A DNA stretch of 63,215 bases, counting the filler, from Reticulomyxa filosa (Eukaryota; Protista; Foraminifera): the NCBI GenBank assembly GCA_000512085.1. It is 17 parts of 17 records of this genome, joined end to end, with 100 filler letters (N's around TTAATTAATTAA, not from the genome) between each part and the next. Parts side by side here need not be neighbours in the genome. Positions count along the whole stretch, not along the records: positions 39,831 to 44,916 come from ASPP01017112.1; positions 45,017 to 47,994 come from ASPP01025523.1; positions 48,095 to 50,820 come from ASPP01020934.1; positions 50,921 to 53,375 come from ASPP01023490.1; 13 more parts are not named here. One strand, 5' to 3'. Both the position numbers and the translations under genes were made by a program. The notes under the pieces are model-generated. The model was not told where the DNA came from, made no database searches, and was given only the letters and a program-made list of their open reading frames with translations. Each line of letters starts with the position of its first letter. Position 1 is the first letter of the stretch. This document shows positions 40,923 through 53,475 of the stretch, piece by piece.

Positions 40923-43223
40923 TCATGTGTTTTCATTTTTCTCAAGATCAGTACAGATTTTGACAACGTCCTCCACATTTCCGTCTTCAAATTTGACTTG
41001 AGCAAACCCACGGTGACCTGTTTCGGGGTGTCTATACGACAATTGAACTCGATCATTTTTCAAAATGATATTGATCTCGAAAGTAATTTGTTCAGAAAAA
41101 GGGTTTTCAAAATACATCTCGAATTTTTTGAGTAATTGGCACTTGCTTTTGTCATCACAATATTGCATTCCATGTTTGTGTTCCGACTTATACAATTCAA
41201 ATTCTACCGATTTTTGTTGCCGTGGAATAGTGTATTCTTTTTTGCGTTCCTATCAATAAATTAATTAAATTATTTATTTAATATAAACAATTCAATAATA
41301 TTTCACTCAACTTCTCCATTTTCAAACTTTTCATCTCGTCGAATAATCGTGTTAAAAAATCTTTTACGAATATATCCAGTGGGTGAATCAAAAGAACTAA
41401 CTTTATGATCATCATCAGGATCTCCAGGATTCCACACTTGATCAACACACCATCCCAATGTCAATGGTGCTCTGAGAGGTGATAAATTTTTGTAGTTGAT
41501 GGCCCATTTCACCGATCCAAGCACGACACTTTCATGAGGATTGGATGGTCGGTAAATTTTGATTGGTTTTTCTCGTTCACTAAGAAATTTTTGTAATCTT
41601 GGAACAATGTAAGGACAATTTGAAAAACCTCCAGTTACTATTAATACTCTTGGATTCACTCGCTCATGATCCAAAAGTTTTGAGACAAAATCGCAAATGT
41701 TGTCTAATACTCGCTTATGCAAAAATAGCCACGCTTCATAAGACAACTCCAACATACTTTTATCCAGTTTTAGTTGACTAATTAACAAAAAAATAACAAA
41801 AAAGTTGAAGTGTGCACAGTGTTTGTTTTTTTTTCCTCCTGACTTTGGTTTATCATTAATCTTGGAATATGTTTGAAATTTTTCTTCAACCGCCTCAGCG
41901 CTTCCAAGCGTCGACTTTAAGTAACTTTTGAATTTCGTCGCCACTCTCACATTCCACGACTCCTTGTCACAGAGCGTGTTCTTTGCACGCCAAAATTCAT
42001 TTCTTTGTTGGAGCCATGCTTGTGGATTACTTTGTTTTATTTATTTTTTGGTGTTTGAACAAAATAAAATAAAAAAATACAATTTTTGTTTAATTCGAAA
42101 CTTTTCTTGAAAATCATGAATGGCACTATCCCCAAAAATGTCTGAAAGCAAATCCTCAAATGCTTGATCTACTGCTGTGCTTCCAATTTTCAATTCGTCT
42201 CGATGATGAATTTCAGACATTATTCCATCTTTCAGAAACTTTAAACAAGCGGCATCAATTGTACTTCTGCCCATATCCAATAATACCACTTGATCACTAT
42301 TTTCATCCATTTATTTATTTATATTTATTTATTTATTTTGGAGCCATAAAAAAACAAGCAAAAAGTGACTCAACTCTTCAAAGAATTGAAGTTTTTTTGT
42401 ATCATCGATATCTTTGCTATGACTGTGACTGATCACAGCAAATGTTACTGCAATGGGCTCAAAACATATTTCGATATGATGCATTCCACACATTTGTCCA
42501 CACTCTCTCATTGTTTCTGTATTCTAATTGTTGGATTTGTGTTTGTCTTGTTTTATGAAACACTGAAGAAAATGGAGACTCCACTCTTTTTTTTATAAAA
42601 AATATTAACCTCGTCATCCCAAAGCGCAGGGACAGTCAACACATACAATACTTTCTTTGGGTCAAGAGGTCGATATGCCTCTCCAAACCTGTATTTTCGG
42701 GCCATTTCCACTTGTGCTAATGCTGTTTCTTTGATGACATTCAGCAGCATCACAAACAACTCCATCACTAGCATTTCATGTGTTCCACTGCTATCTTTTA
42801 TTTTCATTGATCGAAGTTTAGTGTCTTTGGTTAATACAACAGGTTTAAAGTTTGCGTAGTATGCAAATTTGCTCCGCTCCTCCGGCTATATTTATGTTGA
42901 AATGCGTTGACAAAAAAGTGGAGTCTTTCTTTTCCTTTTTTTTTGTATTTATAGTAGTTTGTTAAAAACGAAACTTTTGTTTGATAATATTTGCTCTCTG
43001 CCTTGTAACCCCAACACACAACTGACTTTGTTTCGCGCTCCAAAAGTAGAGCAGACAAATTTTTACTCTTGGCGTACTGAGCCATTTCCTCACAACCTCC
43101 AGTGTGTTGAATTAAATCCACTCTAAGAGCAGTTCCCGGCATTGTATGCTCACATGCTGCTGCGGCAGAGCTAAAGGAGCCCAAATATATCCCAATCACT
43201 TGATGAAACAGCTCATTAGACAT
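40923..43223 (-). CDS. HSPA12-like atypical Hsp70 with degenerate ATPase motifs (multi-exon)
   Basis: VIGIYLGSFSS, SALLL..VVCWGYKAESKY, YVLTVPALWDD, EPIAV, LLDMGRSTID, GSTAVDQAF, VTGGFSNCPY, SVVLGSV, LTLG in HSPA12 order. Confidence 0.85.
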
Positions 43224-43521
43224 GATGTTGACAAAAGAACTGTCTAAAGAAAGGCTTTTACACTTGGAAAGTCAAAATAGTGAAACTTTTAAGTTTGAGT
43301 TTACAAATGTACACGCAATCTTCTTCCTTCACGTGAAATAATTTTAAACAAACTGTGATGCATATTTTCTTTGAATAAAATAAACATTAACAAAGATCAG
43401 CAACATCTAAATTATCTTTGTTTTACTATTACTAAGCATTCAAAATTTTGCTGTTTTTTGTTTTCCCCGTTTTACTTTTTTATGTAACTACTTCGAATTA
43501 TAAAAAGATTGAAAAGCAGAA

Positions 43522-44760
43522 ATGAATGTTGATTTGTGCTTTGTTATGGATTGCACAAACTAGTAAAAGTTATTTTTCTTCAGGAGCATGTTTGTTTGTG
43601 AATGCTCAACGTCCAAGTGGATAAACCAATGCAAGACCGACATCCAAGACATTATGATCAGAATATTGCTTGAGTATTCTGTCAAACTTCGAGTGGCATG
43701 TGTTGGTTACAGTTATATTTTTCCTTAATTTTTCCTTTTTGAGTCTAACAATAACAGTAAAACACACTTCAGAGATTATGACGATAATTCTCCATTTGAA
43801 ATATTGGACTTCAAAGAAGATATTGATGCATTGAAAACATTTATGGGAAAGTTAAGAGCCACTGGAAGTAGTGACCAATGTTCAGATGTTATAGTAGATT
43901 GAAAAATTGCGAAGAACTTCGATGGGAATCAAAAATCAAAGTGTTGTTTCATATCATTACATTTTTAAAAAAATCTTTGAATTAAGACATAGCAGGAAAA
44001 TTTCCGACAATATAGAGAAATAAAAAAAAATGGAGACGCTCCACCTCATAATCATATGTATCACGATAGAATTGGAGATAAATATCCGAATGACAAAAAA
44101 CTTGATCATAGCGTAATGTTAAGAGCACTCCAAAAAAACGGAAATATGAAATATTACATTGCAAAATTGAATAGCAGTTTAAACAAAGTTGCACATGAAA
44201 AAAAAGATAGATTAAGAGAAATAAAATGTAAGAATACTTAATATTCTTTTCATTTTTTTTTTTTGTGTAAAAAAAAAAATGTTCGAATATTTAAAGAAAC
44301 TGATATTTTGCGCATATTTGAAATTGTGATGCAACTTGAAGCAGGCGCACTTCGGGCTATTCGACTTCGACTTAGACAGTTGATTTGTATTTTTTTTTTT
44401 TGAGTTTTGCATCATTTTAAGATTTAATTTTGCTACAACAAAAAAAAACTCGGACGAACAACCCAACAGTGCATCGGCTTTATTCTTAGCAAACGAAAAA
44501 GACAGTTATTTAAGGCCTTTGTATGCATTGATTTTGGAACTTATGGCCTACATTTGCGTAAAGCTTTTCCGATGGAAGAATATATACTGAGCAAAAATGA
44601 TCATGGCATAATATGTTGGCAGAACTGAAAAACAAGACAAGCATATTGCTTGACAACAATGGAAGATTTATCGCATTTGCCAAGATGCAATTGACAAATA
44701 CTTTTCAAGTCACGATCGCTCATTGGAATTATATGAAAATTTTAAAACAGTTTTATACGG
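43522..44760 (+). pseudogene. Decayed vWA domain followed by an HSPA12-type Hsp70 N-terminus (fusion gene relic)
   Basis: MNVDLCFVMDCT, WINQCKTDI, LRVACVGY|RDYDDNSPFEILDFKEDIDALKTFMGKLRATGSSD (vWA), then FVCIDFGTYG (~44518) and KTSILLDNNGRFIAF (Hsp70). Multiple stops and frameshifts. Confidence 0.7.
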
Positions 44761-45016
44761 TTAGACTACAAGTTTTTACTTTTTATTTAGTAATAAATAA
44801 CATAACAATGACAACAATAATAATAATGATAATAGATATAACATTGACAGGAATGCAGATGGGCAGGTATAATGACGATGAAAAAAAGAAATTAATTTGG
44901 AGCCTTATTTGACATCNNNNNNNNNNNNNNNNNNNNNNNNNNNNNNNNNNNNNNNNNNNNTTAATTAATTAANNNNNNNNNNNNNNNNNNNNNNNNNNNN
45001 NNNNNNNNNNNNNNNN

Positions 45017-47994
45017 CAAGTTCCAGACAATTGTTGGCAACATGTCTTTGAAATTGATTCTATTCTTGGACAAGCTCGTCATTATTCGAGCTTTATTTTG
45101 TTATCAATATCTGCATGTATTCATATTCACTGGGGAAAATGATCCATCTCTTCAAAGCAATACAACAAATCCTGAGGTCAAGCATTGTCCAAATGCGCAA
45201 AATCCACACAACGAGGATTGCTTGATTGCCATCCAATATTTGTATTTGGCCAATATATGCCAATGGCACTCGAATTCCAAGCAAAAAATCACAGGGCTGA
45301 CTACAGATTTGTCATTCGATACAAAAGAGAGTGAATATCTTACCAACTTCGTTCAGCAGAACACGCAGTAGTTCTTTTCCTTTTGATTGACTCAATTGAA
45401 AAGCACAAATACCCTCCATCATGGTTAGATCGATCATGGAACATTTGTTGTTCCAAATACGCGTCAATGTCAATCTTGGCCCAAACTTTGTTCGCTCTGC
45501 CAATCGTCACATTGATCACTCCGTCTTCGGACTTGGGTTCTGACTCCATTTCAACTTTGACTCATACTCGGACCACATAATCTAAAGACTCTTTTTTTTT
45601 GTATGCCTTGTTTGTATTGGCGTTTACTTTATCCTTTGGCAAAGTCGCGGATAGCATGAGTGAATACGACCCAACGCTGTTTTGTCTCTGTTCCTGTGAA
45701 TCCCCCTGTGCTGATAAATGCTAAGTCTTTGATGAATCTTCAACCATGTTACGTACTCCATTATTTGACCATAGCTGCATACCAGACCATAATCCTTTAA
45801 CAGCGCATATATATTATCATTGTCTATGTGTGGAAATAAATCATTCAATAAATACCAAATTTCGTCCAATAGAATTTGCACTTTGCTGGCATTAGGATTG
45901 CGATTGCTCTTTTTCACTGCATCTACGACTCCGGTGTATTTTTGCATAGTGGGCAATGATGACCGCCCAAGACATGACTCTCCCAATAGTTGTGTAATAC
46001 AATAGTCATTGATACACAAAATTCGCAAGACAGCTACGCACAACGTGATTATCTGCGGTGCTCTGTCTATGTTATTTGTGTTGTTTGTATCGGTTGCTCG
46101 CGTTATATTCATCTTATTCGCAAATACGAAGTGATGAGTTTGTATAATATTCGTCATTCTTCTTCTTTCTGATTTTCCTCAATATCAAGACATTCACAGT
46201 GACAAAAGAGATTAATGAAGGCTCTCTATTGTGATAAAGTTTGTTTTATTACCTTTTTCTGATTGCATCTCTTCAACAACATCACTGGGACCTGGCTGCT
46301 GGTTGTTTGGCTGTGATGAAATTTGACTGGAAGAGATGTGCTATTGTTGCTTGATTTATTTCCACACCCTGTTCAGTTGTTTAATTGGAATTGTGAGTGT
46401 TCTTTGGTAATAGTATCAGTACTGACTCTTTTTTTTCTGCCGCTTTCATAGTTTCACTTTCAGTTCCCCCTCATTCCTGCAGCGATTCTCATAATTCCTT
46501 GCTTCGCTTTGCCACAGCCATTGAACAATTTTCTCGCACAGATATTTTTCTCCAGACTGCTCATTAGGATGTTCAGTATTAGCCACTGTGTTCGATCATT
46601 ACTTTTGTAGATATGGGATCGTTGTTTTATGGAGTTGTAGCTGCAGGTACAGTGTCGCCAGGTCGATTCTCCCCACTTTTGTGTGCTCTGTAGTTTTTTT
46701 GTAGTCTGGAATGAAAATTCACACCATTTGTAGATTGATCCAATAACAAATGACCTATTTCCCAATCAGACACTTGACTTGAAGTGTTATGGATAACACA
46801 AAGTTGGTCATTGATAATTCGTTGCAACTGCTATCGCAGCGAAGGGAACGTCGAATTCTAATATTTCACAACCATATCGTTTGTTTGATCTATTTTTTTT
46901 TCCTTGCTTTTGGCATTTGATTTAGTCACCAATGTATATGTATATACAAATACAAAACACACACAAACATGTTAGTATTTGTCCACGATCTGATCAATTG
47001 GGCCGTTGTCAATCCACGTTGTTTAATCCATGCACGAGATTTGTGAAGAAGCATCATTTGATGTGGATTCAGCTGGCCTTTTTTTAAATAAATAAATCAA
47101 TAGAATTATCATACATAGTTCATTCCATGTTTATGTCATTGCTTCGATATTTTCAGTCTTCTGCTTCAATCGGATTCCACCACTTTGCCTTGATGCCTCC
47201 ACACATACGAACTCATTGCCAACTTTCGTGTTCTATAACATCCAACAACACATACATTTTTTAAACAAACACACACAAAGAAAAAAACTTACTTAATGTT
47301 GGTATCCCGCGCGGGATATAACTTTAAATATAAAAAAAATCAATTGTTTCAAATTTAAATTTTTTTCATTTATAATCTTTGTTCTTTTTTTTTTTTTTTC
47401 TTTTCTTCTTTTTCTTTTTTTCTTTTTTCTTTTTCTTTTTAGTATCAATTTTTTTTTTTTACTACATTTATTTTTTCTTTTCCCCTTTTTTTCTTTTATT
47501 ATTACATTTTTTCTTTTATTATTCCATTTTTTTCATCATTCTTTTTTTTCCCTCTTTTTTCCAACCCCCTTTCAATACAGATACATACACCAGGTTTGCT
47601 CATGACCTATATGCACACAAAAAAGTTACTTTTTATAATATAAAAAAAATATTTTAACTATAACTTCATCTGCACATACCTTTCTTTTTCCTATCAAGAC
47701 ACTAACAAACTTTTTTTAATGAAGGGGGGACAAATAAATAAAAAAATAAAGTATACATATATTCTTTTTTTTGAAGGGGGAATCCTATTGAATCAAACAA
47801 ACAACATTACATAACAAAACAATATCTATTTATATAAACAAATATAAACAGCACAAACCATTTTGCTCCATTGAGGATACGGGGCAGATTTCAACCCCGA
47901 TTTTCTTTTTTTTTGTGTGCAAAGGGGATTGGCATATATTGTAACGGGTATGTGGACGGGGGACCTATGTTACACAACACACAGCAAAAAACTT
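45017..47994 (-). pseudogene. Decayed multi-exon locus; 47290-47994 is paralogous to 53790-54600
   Basis: Short broken ORFs, GT-AG intron pattern on the minus strand, and colinear similarity blocks with contig 14 (IGVEI and KNGII peptides, Lys-rich exon). Confidence 0.55.
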
Positions 47995-48185
47995 NNNNNN
48001 NNNNNNNNNNNNNNNNNNNNNNNNNNNNNNNNNNNNNNTTAATTAATTAANNNNNNNNNNNNNNNNNNNNNNNNNNNNNNNNNNNNNNNNNNNNTATATA
48101 TATATATATGTACATATTATATGGACTTTGATCTACACACATTTAATCATATTCATTAATTGTTTGCTTGTTTTTGTGTGGACAG

Positions 48186-49050
48186 AACTCAGGAGATATC
48201 TGTGACCTTCGCGAAATTGTAAAACTAAAAGACGAGTACAAATATCGCCTGCTATTAGACGACACGCACGGGTTTGGCGTGTTGCATTGCAAAGGCAGTC
48301 CGGGATTTTGGCATATACCCATTACGAAGGTTGACATGTATATTGCCTCCATGGACGCGGCCTTAGGCAGCACGGGCGCGTTTTGTGTTGGCAATCGCCA
48401 AATCACGGACCATCAGAGGCTCTCCGCCGCAGGATATGTCTTCACCGCGTCCTCGCCAATGTTCCAATGCACTGCGGCGCAAAAAGCTTTGGAGCTCTTG
48501 GAACGCGAAGGGCAAGTCTTGGTTCAGCAGTTGAATACCAATACCAAATTCATGCGAAATAAGCTCAAAGATAAAGGTAATTGTAAAAAAAAAAAAAAAA
48601 AAAATCATTTCAAATTAGTAGCAATATGTTTTAATATATAAATATATAAATAAATATATATATATAATATTTATATTTATATTTATATAATGTATTTGTA
48701 AACGAATAGAAAAACGTTGGCGTCTTCTTGGCAATCCTGAATCTCCTTTAATTCATCTTCGATTGCAAAATATCAGTGATAAACGCGCAGATGCTTACAT
48801 GGAAGAGATTACTTCGCAATGCCGTCAAAATGGAGTGCTGGCGTTTCCGGCGTTGTATTTGCCTCAAGAATATGGAATTCGAGAAAAATCCAATCCCAAA
48901 CCAAGTCTGCGCATTTGTGTAACTGCACAGCATACTACTCAGCAACTGGAAACTGCTGCAAACACCATCATCGATGCCATCAACAATGTTATCAACTCCA
49001 GCTCATACATTTCTGATGAAAGTGACGGTGATATCTCTGTCATCCCCTGA
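48186..49050 (+). CDS. SPTLC1: Serine palmitoyltransferase subunit 1 (LCB1/SPTLC1), 3' exons 48186-48576 and 48710-49050
   Basis: NSGDICDL..IVKLKDEYKYRLLLDDTHGFGVL, ASMDAALGSTGAFCVG, DHQRLSAAGYVFTAS, SPLIHLRL, PSLRICVTA. It lacks the PLP-binding Lys, as expected for LCB1. Confidence 0.92.
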
Positions 49051-50741
49051 AACTTTCTTTCTTGTATTTCTTACTTCTCTACACAAAATCGGGTCATCTT
49101 CTACTCTCAGCATGTGCCAAGCTTTTTTTTTTTTTTGATGAAAGGAAAATTAAAGAATATTTCTTTTTTTTTCTCTTCCCGAATTTCAAAATGCAAAGCT
49201 GGCATAAGACATTGTTTTTTCTTTTTTTGTTTGTTTTCCCTCTCTGTTCTCTTCTTCTTTAAAAATATAAAACAAATTTTTGAAGAAATCTTCATGCGTT
49301 CACAACTTGTATGCGACCTGATACTGAAAAAGAAATGCTTTCTCTTTTTTTTAAACGTACAAAAATTAACAGATTTTTGTGAGGGCTTGTTACGTTAAAA
49401 GTTATTTTACAATTTTTTTTTTATGTTATAACAACTCGTTTTGAACGCATTTATCTTGTAAATACTTTTGTTTACATGTTCTAAATATAACCAATGGCAA
49501 AAATTCGACACTGTTTTCTCTACCAATCATCGTCCCAGTGTCCTGGTCTTTTAATCCCAAAGCGAGTTGATGACATTCGAAAGCCTAAAAAAGCATCTTC
49601 GAGTATGTCATCACGAACAGATAAAAATCATGCAAGAGTAAAATTCCCAAGTTGTTGTTAGCGCCTTCGTAGACATTTTTCAATGACAATACTTTTTTAT
49701 ACTGTCGCTTGGCTTCATAGATATGATCAATCCCACACAAAACAAATCCCAAGTCGGTATGCTGCTGTAGCTCTCCGGATGAAAGTGCACTAACTTTTTA
49801 AGTGATCAACTGCTTTATGTATCTCTTTCAATTCAATGTATAATTCACACAAGGTGTTCCTCAAAATGATAGCTTGAGGAATTTTCATCATACCCACCAA
49901 AAATACTTTTTCAGACAATTCTGTCATTCCTAAATCGCAACAGCAATTTTCTTATGTCATGTACGTGTCTTTAACCTTGTTCAAACGTCGCTTAAAATAT
50001 TTTACTACAGACACGTGCTCTTCCAAAAGGTGAAGGAAATAATCGTACAAAGCTAAAGAAGTAATCACATCTTCTGGATTTTACCCCATGTAATATTTCA
50101 AATGCAAATCAGCTTCTTAGTAAAAGTTTTGATGAGCAACAACTTTCCAAACGAAATATTTAAGCTTGTAATAAACAATAAGTGATTCAAAAGCAACTTT
50201 TTTTAAATTTCTTGAAAAAAACTGTAGTATTCATGATATGTCGTAATAAGCAATTCTCGCAAAACCCAAGTGAACTTTGGAATCCTTTATTCTAACAATG
50301 CACTACTCACTTTCACGACTTGTCTTTCCTCTTTCACTTGTTGAATCGTGTTATTTGTTTTCTCTTTTATTTAATTTTACTATTTGTTTTAAATTGCTCA
50401 AAAGAGCGAAGACCTTTCGTATTACAGTTTGCGCACCTCTTTCAACAGCAGAAAAACCCCAAAACAGCAACAAGCTTTTTGAGGCAATATTAAAAAGTTT
50501 TGAAAGAAAAGATATCAATCCAAAAAAAATTTTGATCTTTCTGTCAGGCATTGTATAATTTCTTGTTCATAATTTTTCATATAATTATTTTATTTGATAT
50601 AAAATAATTTGGTTGAGTGAAATCTTGCAAGATTTTATAAATTTCAAACATGTCTTTTTTTATTTGACGTCAATTGGATAAAACCAAAATATGATTTGAA
50701 ACGACACTTATACGAAATATGCGGCGTTATAATAACAATAC

Positions 50742-50820
50742 TACAGTATGTTGCAAAGAAAACTGAACGCCTAAAACGATATCATATGATGATAATTGGT
50801 TTTCTAAATGAAAAATCAAC
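50742..50820 (+). mobile_element. Terminus of a putative Tc1/mariner-IS630-type element or MITE (TA target + CAGTATGTTGCAAAGAAAACTGAACG...)
   Basis: 36 bp identical to 59867-59902 with unrelated left flanks; similarity starts at TA|CAGT; both copies run into contig ends. Confidence 0.7.
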
Positions 50821-50920
50821 NNNNNNNNNNNNNNNNNNNNNNNNNNNNNNNNNNNNNNNNNNNNTTAATTAATTAANNNNNNNNNNNNNNNNNNNNNNNN
50901 NNNNNNNNNNNNNNNNNNNN

Positions 50921-51184
50921 TTCTTCTTTTTCTTCTTTTTCTTCTTTTTCTTCGGTTTCCAATGTTAAGTCGATCCACATGCGTTCCTTACTGTTTTCCA
51001 AACTCATCTTTTTTATCCTTTTGGTCGGTACCCCTTGTTCTTCGTTGTCAGTTCCAACCCCATTATCACCGTCAGCAACGTCGTCATTATCCGATAATAC
51101 TTCCCACACAATCTCTTGCCCTTCTCGCAAATCCGTATAGCTTCGCTTTAAAGGTTTTTTAGTATCAAGCAGGGAGATCATCAT
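50921..51184 (-). CDS. Hypothetical protein N-terminus (truncated at contig end in an EEK repeat)
   Basis: ATG-initiated ORF open to the spacer. Confidence 0.45.
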
Positions 51185-52099
51185 TCTTCAACGCCTCCTT
51201 GCTTTTTCTTACTGTTACTTTCGCGTTTCCCTCCCTTTTCCCTTTCCGTCGACTCAACCAAAACATTTTTTTTTTGAGGTTTTTGAACTAGTTTTTTTCA
51301 GCAACATTTACCGAATAAAGGCTCTTTCTTCCATTCAATACATCTTTTTTTTCCCCTTCCTTTTATTGGCAAACTGATTAGCAGTTTTAATTTACTTTAT
51401 CACATTAACGAACCATTTTTTTTTTTCACGTGTCATGGTAAAGATCATTAAAATAAATGTAACTTCACTTTTTTTGCTCGATTAAAATGTAAAATAGTTA
51501 CAGTTTTCACAACATTGAACTTATGATCTTTGTCCAACAAAAGAATATGGTCAAGTCTTCTAACAAAAAATAAATGTGATGAAAATAAATCAACTTTGTG
51601 CTGATTTTAGTTTATAAAAAGCTTTAAGAACAGTTTTGATATATATACATATATCGGCTCAACCATTCACACCTGAACACAAATGTAAAAAGAAACGGGT
51701 TTTAGCTCCTTTAAAAAACTCTCGAAGACGTTATTCCGTTTAAATAAAAGCTCTTTCAGAGCCAATCCCTTTTTATCATGTCTCGCAAGATATCATTCTG
51801 TACACTTTCAAAAGCAAAACAATTTATCATAATTGCTTCATTCAAAACAGTCTGGAAAACAGACGTACCGCAGCTGAAAAAACAAGAGTAGAAAATCCAA
51901 GAACTATAGTTTTTGTTCACTTTTGCATGATTCAATATCTGAAGGCAATAAATTATTCAAAGAATAATAACAAAAAAAAAAAAAAAAAAAAATCCAGTTT
52001 TCACTCAATTTTATTTCGGACACCCACTTTTTTTTTTTTTGTAAACATTACAACACATGGGAAAAAAAAAAGACTTTGATTTGCCGAAAAAAGCACATG

Positions 52100-52644
52100 C
52101 TATCCCCACATGTAAATGGGACCTTTATTGGACCCGTAGAATAGCGAGTAGTCATGATAATCGGAATGGCTAAGTTTGGATTTTGTAGTGTGATTGAGAC
52201 GATCTTCAGATGGTAAAAATTGAATACATTTAATTCCGTCGGCTTGGTGATCGCTTCCTTTGAATGCATGCAATTCTTTATTGGCGCGAATGTCCCAAAA
52301 GCGAATGGTATTGTCATCTGACGAGGAGCAAATGACAGACATGTCACCACTTTGGGAAGATGGACATGCAACACAAGTCACATAGTTTGTGTGTCCCCTA
52401 AATACTCGAATATACTTTTTGGATCGAATATCCCATACTCGAATAGTTTTGTCACTTGATCCGGAGCAAAGCATAGTTCCACCTGCATCAGTGCGCATGA
52501 ATATTGCACAGTACACAGCATCTTCATGTCCTTTGAAAATGGAGCATTGCTTGGCTGACTCCAAATCCCATAAGCGAATAGTTTTATCAAATGATCCAGA
52601 ACAAATGGTATATCCATTTCCACCAATCACACCAATATTATTCA

Positions 52645-52680
<36 letters not shown>

Positions 52681-53375
52681 GTTTGCGATTGCTACTTTGC
52701 AATTGTGAAATATCAACACACAAAACACCACTTTTATGTCCATTGAAAACATGTAATGATTTTGATGTTTCAACATCCCATAAACGAATGGTTTTGTCAC
52801 TGGACGCAGAGCATACATATCGTCCATTGTTAAATGGCGAAAATTCAATGCCATGCACATAGTCTGTGTGTCCAGACAATACTATGAATGCTTTGCCAGT
52901 TGTAAAGTCCCAAAAACGAATGGTTTTGTCATATGATGAAGAACAAACTGATAGACGTTGAACGTCATTGTTTCGATAGTATCGATGATAAGATGAAAAT
53001 TTTACACAACTCACAATGTCAGAATGTCCATCAAACATTTTCAATTGTTTTGTGGACTTGGTCAACCCCCATATTCGGACCGTGTGATCGTATGATCCGG
53101 AACACAAGAAGCCGCCACTATCGAGTTGTGAGTAGTCAATACTGTATACACTGCCAATGTGTCCACTAATCACTTTCAGCAGCTTGCACGAGTGCAAGGA
53201 GGAGGAGGAGGAGGAGGAGGAGGAGGAGGAGGAGGACGAGGAGGAGGAGGACGAGGACTCAATGCTTAATGCAAAAGAACAAGAAGGGGAACACGAATTC
53301 GAAAAAGGAGAAGAAAAAAAACAAGAGGAAACAGGAGACAATAATGGCTGTGAAAATGTTGTATCTATTGCGTTC
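52100..53375 (-). CDS. WD40-repeat protein (5'-partial) with poly-Ser and poly-Asn tracts
   Basis: About six GH...CSGSxDKTIRLWD repeats plus a degenerate seventh. Confidence 0.95.
53198..53256. repeat. (GAG)n microsatellite (poly-Ser on the minus strand)
   Basis: Direct tandem repeat. Confidence 0.9.
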
Positions 53376-53475
53376 NNNNNNNNNNNNNNNNNNNNNNNNN
53401 NNNNNNNNNNNNNNNNNNNTTAATTAATTAANNNNNNNNNNNNNNNNNNNNNNNNNNNNNNNNNNNNNNNNNNNN

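Noticed and set aside
45624-46157. ORF superficially like a reverse transcriptase N-terminus
   Set aside because: No YxDD or other RT motifs were found.
47120-47235. Three in-frame TGA codons suggesting TGA recoding
   Set aside because: Intact genes in the window terminate with TGA and use TGG for Trp; pseudogene decay explains the pattern.
47379-47657. Phe-rich 'membrane protein' ORFs here and at 53897-54169, 1529-1717 and 5323-5526
   Set aside because: Translation artefacts of T-rich tracts (introns, UTRs or antisense of Lys-rich sequence).
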